Below are positions 59,790 through 64,000 of a stretch of 64,000 bases of DNA, piece after piece. Position 1 is the first letter of the stretch. Each line of letters begins with the position of its first letter. The notes below the pieces were generated by a model, which did not search any database, was not told the DNA's origin, and worked only from the letters and a program-made list of their open reading frames with translations. Origin of the DNA: Bacteroidales bacterium UBA6117 (GTDB lineage Bacteria > Bacteroidota > Bacteroidia > Bacteroidales > VadinHA17); assembly GCA_002428385.1 (NCBI GenBank), contig DIWB01000003.1, positions 366 to 64,365 of the forward strand, read 5' to 3'. A program made the translations under genes and the position numbers.

Positions 59790-60653
59790 CTAAGTTTTTA
59801 CCGCTTCAACCTCTGCTTCGGCCTTTGGTTTTCTCGGTGGGAAATTGACCTCAATTATTGCATTTGTGGGACACTCCGGAACGCATTTTCTGCAAAATGT
59901 ACATTTGGTTGCATCGATATATGCAAGATTGTTTTCCAGGGTAATAGCATCAAATGCACAAACCTTTACACATTTGCTGCAGCCTATGCATGCAACCTTG
60001 CAGGCTCTTCTTGCAGGCCCTCCCTTGTCACAATTGGAGCATGCCACATATATTTTCCTGTCTTTTTTTGCTTTTTTGCGTAACTCTATAAGATTTCTGG
60101 GGCATGCCTTGACACAGGAGCCGCAGGAAGTGCATTTTTCATCCGAAATCTCCGGCAGCAGCGAAACCGGATTGATGTGCAGCGCATCGAAGGCGCATGC
60201 CCTTTCGCAATCTCCGTATCCGAGGCAACCGTAACTGCAGTCTGTCTCTCCGATATAAAGGTTATGCACTATCCTGCAGTCTGCTACTCCGTTGTAAACT
60301 GAAGTGCGGGCACGGTATTCTGTTGATCCGTTGCATTTCAGCACGGCTACTTTCGGATCTGAAACAGGAGCAGTTCTTCCAAGGAGGCCGGCGATGTTTC
60401 CCATTACAGCAGCTCCGCCGACAGGACAGTTGAGTCCTTCAAAGCTGTCTGATTTTACAATTGCTTCGGCAAAGTTCCTGCATCCGGCAAAGCCGCATCC
60501 GCCGCAGTTGGCTGCCGGCAGAAGAGCCTGAACCTCATCAATCCTCGGGTCCTCATATACCTTGAATTTCTGAGCAATAAAATAGAGAATGACAGCCGAT
60601 AGAAATGCCAGCAGGCTCAGACTTATTATAGTTATTAGAATAGTCGGACTCAT
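59790..60653 (-). CDS. rnfB: Rnf complex subunit B (polyferredoxin)
   Basis: N-terminal TM, CGGCGFAGC motif, and several CxxCxxCxxxCP motifs (CTSCGSCVKACP, CIGCSKCVKVC, CTFCRKCVPECP). Confidence 0.9.
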   Translation of the reverse strand: MSPTILITIISLSLLAFLSAVILYFIAQKFKVYEDPRIDEVQALLPAANCGGCGFAGCRNFAEAIVKSDSFEGLNCPVGGAAVMGNIAGLLGRTAPVSDPKVAVLKCNGSTEYRARTSVYNGVADCRIVHNLYIGETDCSYGCLGYGDCERACAFDALHINPVSLLPEISDEKCTSCGSCVKACPRNLIELRKKAKKDRKIYVACSNCDKGGPARRACKVACIGCSKCVKVCAFDAITLENNLAYIDATKCTFCRKCVPECPTNAIIEVNFPPRKPKAEAEVEAVKT

Positions 60654-60659
60654 CTATTT

Positions 60660-61121
60660 TTATGTTTTTAGAGTAAAGGTAAAACTCCGGTCAATTTTCT
60701 TCCGGAACAGGTAAAGGATAAGAAACCACGGAACCAGCAGGGCAATTGAAATCACTCCTGCCGTGAGTTCATTAAAGGATAAGGATTGAAGGATTAAAAG
60801 GCCGCCAACTACGATGAAAAAAGGTATCAGGTAGCTGAGTACGACTGCTCTCATTCCCGCCGATTCCTCCATCTGTACTGTTACCTTGTCGCCAGGAGAT
60901 ACATCGTATCTTCCTTTAATGTCGATTATTTTCTCCTCATTTTCCGTCATCCCGCATATTCCCCGGGCCTGGCAGCCTGCACATGCAGCGCAGGATATAA
61001 TGCTGACAACAATCTTATCGACGCCAACTTCCTTAACCGTCCCGTCATGCTGTATCTTGTCTTTTAAAACTGATTCTTTCATCTGAATGTCAGCCCGGTT
61101 TGAAGAGGGCAAATTTATCAA
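60660..61121 (-). CDS. rseC: RseC/MucC-family (SoxR-reducing system) protein
   Basis: Cys cluster SCAACAGCQARGIC in the N-domain and two C-terminal TM helices. Sits immediately upstream of rnfB, as in many rnf operons. Confidence 0.7.
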   Translation of the reverse strand: MINLPSSNRADIQMKESVLKDKIQHDGTVKEVGVDKIVVSIISCAACAGCQARGICGMTENEEKIIDIKGRYDVSPGDKVTVQMEESAGMRAVVLSYLIPFFIVVGGLLILQSLSFNELTAGVISIALLVPWFLILYLFRKKIDRSFTFTLKT

Positions 61122-61165
61122 AGCTTAGTTTAATTGAACTGCTTTTTATCAGGTTTTAATTTCAG

Positions 61166-61197
61166 CAAAATTATTTATAATCATTCTAATTAAGCAA
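61166..61197 (-). promoter_or_regulatory. Candidate promoter of the rseC-rnf operon
   Basis: Minus strand reads aTTG, 21 nt, then TAATTTTG (plus-strand caaaatta at 61166..61173), about 45 nt upstream of the rseC ATG. Confidence 0.45.
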
Positions 61198-61212
61198 TTT
61201 TAAAGGTTAGGC

Positions 61213-61289
61213 GGTACGCGGTACGCGGTGCGCGGTAAGATTACCGATTACTGATTACCGAATACCGGGTTGCTGGTTACTGGTTAGGA
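61213..61289. repeat. Eleven in-phase heptamer repeats in three families
   Basis: GGTACGC GGTACGC GGTGCGC GGTAAGA | TTACCGA TTACTGA TTACCGA ATACCGG | GTTGCTG GTTACTG GTTAGGA, read directly with no phase break. Confidence 0.9.
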
Positions 61290-61321
61290 ATTGATTATCT
61301 GGCAACAAGCAACCAGCAACC
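61268..61321. other. Long imperfect inverted repeat (potential stem-loop)
   Basis: GGTTGCTGGTTACTGGTT (61268..61285) pairs with AACAAGCAACCAGCAACC (61304..61321): 16 of 18 positions, 11 contiguous, 18-nt loop. Confidence 0.7.
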
Positions 61322-61418
61322 CGCCTCCGCTGAAGCTATGGCGGGCAAAGCCAGCAACCAACAACAAGCAACCAGCAACCCGCCTCCGCTGAAGCTATGG
61401 CGGGCAAAGCCAGCAACC
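61303..61418. repeat. Perfect tandem duplication: 57-nt unit, 59-bp period, two copies
   Basis: caacaagcaaccagcaacccgcctccgctgaagctatggcgggcaaagccagcaacc at 61303..61359 and 61362..61418, identical by manual comparison. Each copy holds a CCCGCC-15 nt-GGCGGG hairpin. Confidence 0.95.
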
Positions 61419-61433
61419 AGCAACCTGATCTGC

Positions 61434-63539
61434 TTAACTGATATTGCTCCACGATTGCTTTATGCTGAACAACCTTCCAAGCTCGGAAACCAGGACAAAA
61501 TTCTCCTCATTTCCCAGTGTCGGATCTTTTGCCAGGATGCCTTCAGCTATATTTCTGACATGTTCGATAATCTGCCCGTCCTTGCCAAGACTGGCGATCT
61601 TGAGGTCGAACGGAATTCCACTCTGGATTGTGCCCTCTATGTCGCCCGGTCCCCTGAGACGCAGATCCGTTTCAGCAATTTCAAATCCGTCTGAAGTCCT
61701 TACCATTACTTCCAATCTTGCAATGGCCTCTTTCGATAGCTTATCTGAAGTCATGAGTATGCAATACGACTGATCGCCTCCCCTGCCAACCCTTCCCCTG
61801 AGCTGGTGGAGCTGGGAAAGCCCGAACCTTTCAGCGCTTTCGATTATCATTACTGTAGCATTCGGAATATCCACCCCGACTTCAATTACCGTGGTTGCAA
61901 CCAGTATGTTTGCATGACCTTCCTTAAATAGCTTCATCGAGGTTTCCTTCTCAGACGGTGTCATCTTTCCATGGACAATGCTGATGCAGTATTTCGGGGC
62001 AGGAAACACTCTTGAAATCGTGTCCCATCCATCCTCCAGATTCTTATAGTCCATCTTCTCCGACTCCTGAATCAGAGGGTAAACTATGAATATCTGTCTT
62101 CCTTCGTCTATCTGCTTCCTGATGAAACCAAATACTTTGTTTCGTTCCGGGTCTGTAAAGTGCATTGTTTTTACCGGCACCCTTCCGGGAGGCAGCTCAT
62201 CAATAACCGAAACATCAAGGTCACCGTAAAGAGTCATGGCAAGTGTTCGGGGAATGGGTGTGGCAGTCATTACAAGTATATGTGGAGGATTGGCACTCTT
62301 TTCCCACAGCCTTGCACGCTGGGCTACGCCGAACCTATGCTGCTCATCGATAATTACCAGACCCAGGTTGTTGAAAATGACATTTTCTTCTATAAGGGCA
62401 TGGGTGCCAATCAGAATATGAAGCGATTTGTCCCTGAGCGATTCATCAATTTTCTTTCGAAGACTCTTCTTTGACGATCCGGTAAGCAGACTGACATTTA
62501 TCCCTATCCCTTTCAGCATCAGACATATGGTGTTATAATGCTGGTTTGCAAGTATCTCGGTCGGAGCCATAAGGCATGCCTGGTATCCGTTGTCAATTGC
62601 GATCAGCATGCTCATAAGGGCAACAAGTGTCTTCCCGCTTCCCACATCCCCCTGGAGGAGCCTGTTCATCTGCCTGCCGGAGCCAAGGTCCCTCCTTATC
62701 TCCTTCATTACCCTTTTCTGAGCTTCCGTAAGGGAAAAGGGGAGGTTGTTGTGATAAAAGCTGTTGAAATGCTCCCCTACATTGGCGAAAACGAATCCCT
62801 TGTATTTTCGCGAACGGATTGTCTTGAATCTTAACAGGTTGAGCTCAATGTAAAAGAGTTCTTCGAATTTCAGCCTGTACCTGGCCCTTTCAATTTCCGT
62901 GTTGTTTGCCGGAAAATGTATTTTATGTATGGCATCATGAAGACTCATAAGGTTGTGACCTGAAATCAGATAGGAGGGGAGGGTCTCAGGAATCCTGTAT
63001 TTTAGCTGCTTCAGGATCGACCCTATAAACCTGCTCAGGGTTTTTGAGGTGATAAACTGGTTCTTCAGCTTTTCGGTTGTGTTGTACTGCGCCTGCAATG
63101 CTGATGTGATCCGGGCTGATGCTTTTTCCGATGCCTCAATCTCAGGATGTATGATATTGATTATCCCGTTGAAAACGCCCGGTTTGCCGAAAACAATATA
63201 TTCCACATCCGGAACATAAGTTCCCATTATCCACTTTGTGCCCTTGAACCATATAAGCTTTATGGTACCGGTTTCATCCTGAAAATCGGCAACAAGCCGT
63301 TTCCCCTTGCCCTGTCCTTCGGTGTAATATCCCTTTATGTATCCTTTAACCTGAACAAGCGGAATATCGGGTTCAAGTTCCGCAATTGTGTAGTACCTGG
63401 TCCTGTCGATATACCTGAAAGGAAAATGATAAAGCATATCCCTGAACGTCAGAATGCCGAGTTCCTGGTTAAGCAGCTCCGCCCGTTTGGGCCCAACGCC
63501 CTGAAGATAGGTTATGTTCGTTTCGAGAAAATCCTGCAT
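61434..63539 (-). CDS. recG: ATP-dependent DNA helicase RecG
   Basis: Walker A GDVGSGKT, DEQHRFG, TATPIPRT, QLRGRVGRG, and an N-terminal wedge/OB region. 701 aa. Confidence 0.95.
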   Translation of the reverse strand: MQDFLETNITYLQGVGPKRAELLNQELGILTFRDMLYHFPFRYIDRTRYYTIAELEPDIPLVQVKGYIKGYYTEGQGKGKRLVADFQDETGTIKLIWFKGTKWIMGTYVPDVEYIVFGKPGVFNGIINIIHPEIEASEKASARITSALQAQYNTTEKLKNQFITSKTLSRFIGSILKQLKYRIPETLPSYLISGHNLMSLHDAIHKIHFPANNTEIERARYRLKFEELFYIELNLLRFKTIRSRKYKGFVFANVGEHFNSFYHNNLPFSLTEAQKRVMKEIRRDLGSGRQMNRLLQGDVGSGKTLVALMSMLIAIDNGYQACLMAPTEILANQHYNTICLMLKGIGINVSLLTGSSKKSLRKKIDESLRDKSLHILIGTHALIEENVIFNNLGLVIIDEQHRFGVAQRARLWEKSANPPHILVMTATPIPRTLAMTLYGDLDVSVIDELPPGRVPVKTMHFTDPERNKVFGFIRKQIDEGRQIFIVYPLIQESEKMDYKNLEDGWDTISRVFPAPKYCISIVHGKMTPSEKETSMKLFKEGHANILVATTVIEVGVDIPNATVMIIESAERFGLSQLHQLRGRVGRGGDQSYCILMTSDKLSKEAIARLEVMVRTSDGFEIAETDLRLRGPGDIEGTIQSGIPFDLKIASLGKDGQIIEHVRNIAEGILAKDPTLGNEENFVLVSELGRLFSIKQSWSNIS

Positions 63540-63626
63540 TTTCTGTCCGTGGAGAAAGTAAGTAAAATGATACCCGAAAATAATTATTTTTGGTGACCTG
63601 TCCTAACACTAAAAATCACACCGCCT

Positions 63627-64000
63627 ATGGACTTGTCATGCATCCCGGATTACCTCACTTACCTTGCATTTTCAAGGCACCGGAGCGGACATGGCATTCA
63701 CAGTCCGTTTTTGTTCAGGCTTGTTTCAGATGTTTTCCGGAATAAAATCGATCCCGATATTGTCTGTACTATTGAAAAGACAAGAATAAGTCTGCTTGCA
63801 GATACCAGATCAATAAATGTAACTGATCTGGGTGCAGGCTCCAGAATTATGAAACCGAAACTCAGGAAAGTGTCCGACATTGCAAGATATTCGTCAGTTC
63901 CGAAGAAATACGGGATACTCCTTGCCAATATGGCTCGAAATTTCGGCAAATCCGGTGTTCTTGAGTTCGGAACTTCGCTGGGCATCAGCGCCATGTACAT
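63627..64000 (+). CDS. Class I SAM-dependent methyltransferase, 3' end cut by the window edge
   Basis: Open frame from ATG 63627 to the window end: MDLSCIPDYLTYLAFSRHRSGHGIHSPFLF...VLEFGTSLGISAMY (motif I-like LEFGTSLG). Not in the track because no stop codon falls within the window. Confidence 0.6.
   Translation, partial: MDLSCIPDYLTYLAFSRHRSGHGIHSPFLFRLVSDVFRNKIDPDIVCTIEKTRISLLADTRSINVTDLGAGSRIMKPKLRKVSDIARYSSVPKKYGILLANMARNFGKSGVLEFGTSLGISAMY

Noticed and set aside
61213-61425. Possible CRISPR array
   Set aside because: There are only two copies of a 57-nt unit, separated by 2 nt. That leaves no unique spacers. The heptamers are far too short, and no cas genes are in the window.
61338-61694. 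118-aa plus-strand ORF beginning MAGKASNQQQATSNPPPLKLWRAKPATSN
   Set aside because: Its N-terminus is a read-through of the 59-bp tandem repeat (period not a multiple of 3), and the rest is antisense to the RecG C-terminus.
63698-64000. 100-aa minus-strand ORF at the window edge
   Set aside because: It is antisense to an open plus-strand frame with methyltransferase-like motifs (GHGIHSPFLF, LEFGTSLG) that starts at a clean ATG after an in-frame stop.

Overview
Dense chromosomal segment, about 55 protein genes on both strands, with hallmarks of an anaerobic Bacteroidota genome: a T9SS type-B C-terminal sorting domain, TTTG/TAnnTTTG promoter boxes, an archaeal-type ProRS, an rseC-rnfBCDGEA operon, a methylmalonyl-CoA decarboxylase operon and TamB. 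I saw no rRNA, tRNA, CRISPR array, transposase or integrase. All family calls come from motifs I recognise by eye; no database search was run. Most of the window is housekeeping: aroB/aroC, tilS, proS, purA, fur, relA/spoT, glyA, tsaD, recG, exbB-exbD-tonB. Regions worth a second look: (1) a translationally coupled larC-larE-larB operon (nickel-pincer cofactor maturation) extended by a WbqC-family gene. No LarA is in the window. It sits back-to-back with a Tat-exported DUF362 protein plus a NapH-like membrane polyferredoxin. (2) A two-gene module of an extreme Tyr/Ser/Gly low-complexity lipoprotein and a FadL/PorV-like barrel. (3) An mce-mmdA-mmdD-mmdC operon in which citrate lyase genes (a CitD-CitE fusion and CitF) and a rubredoxin absent from the ORF track stand where I would expect the Na+-pumping beta subunit gene. 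(4) An intergenic block upstream of the rnf promoter made of in-phase heptamer repeats, a long imperfect inverted repeat and a perfect 59-bp-period tandem duplication. A related motif fills another intergenic gap at 1029..1074. (5) An M16-M16-T9SS cargo operon, a lipoprotein serpin, an orphan DUF1987 gene, and a Fur-box-like palindrome beside an OMP-like gene remnant.
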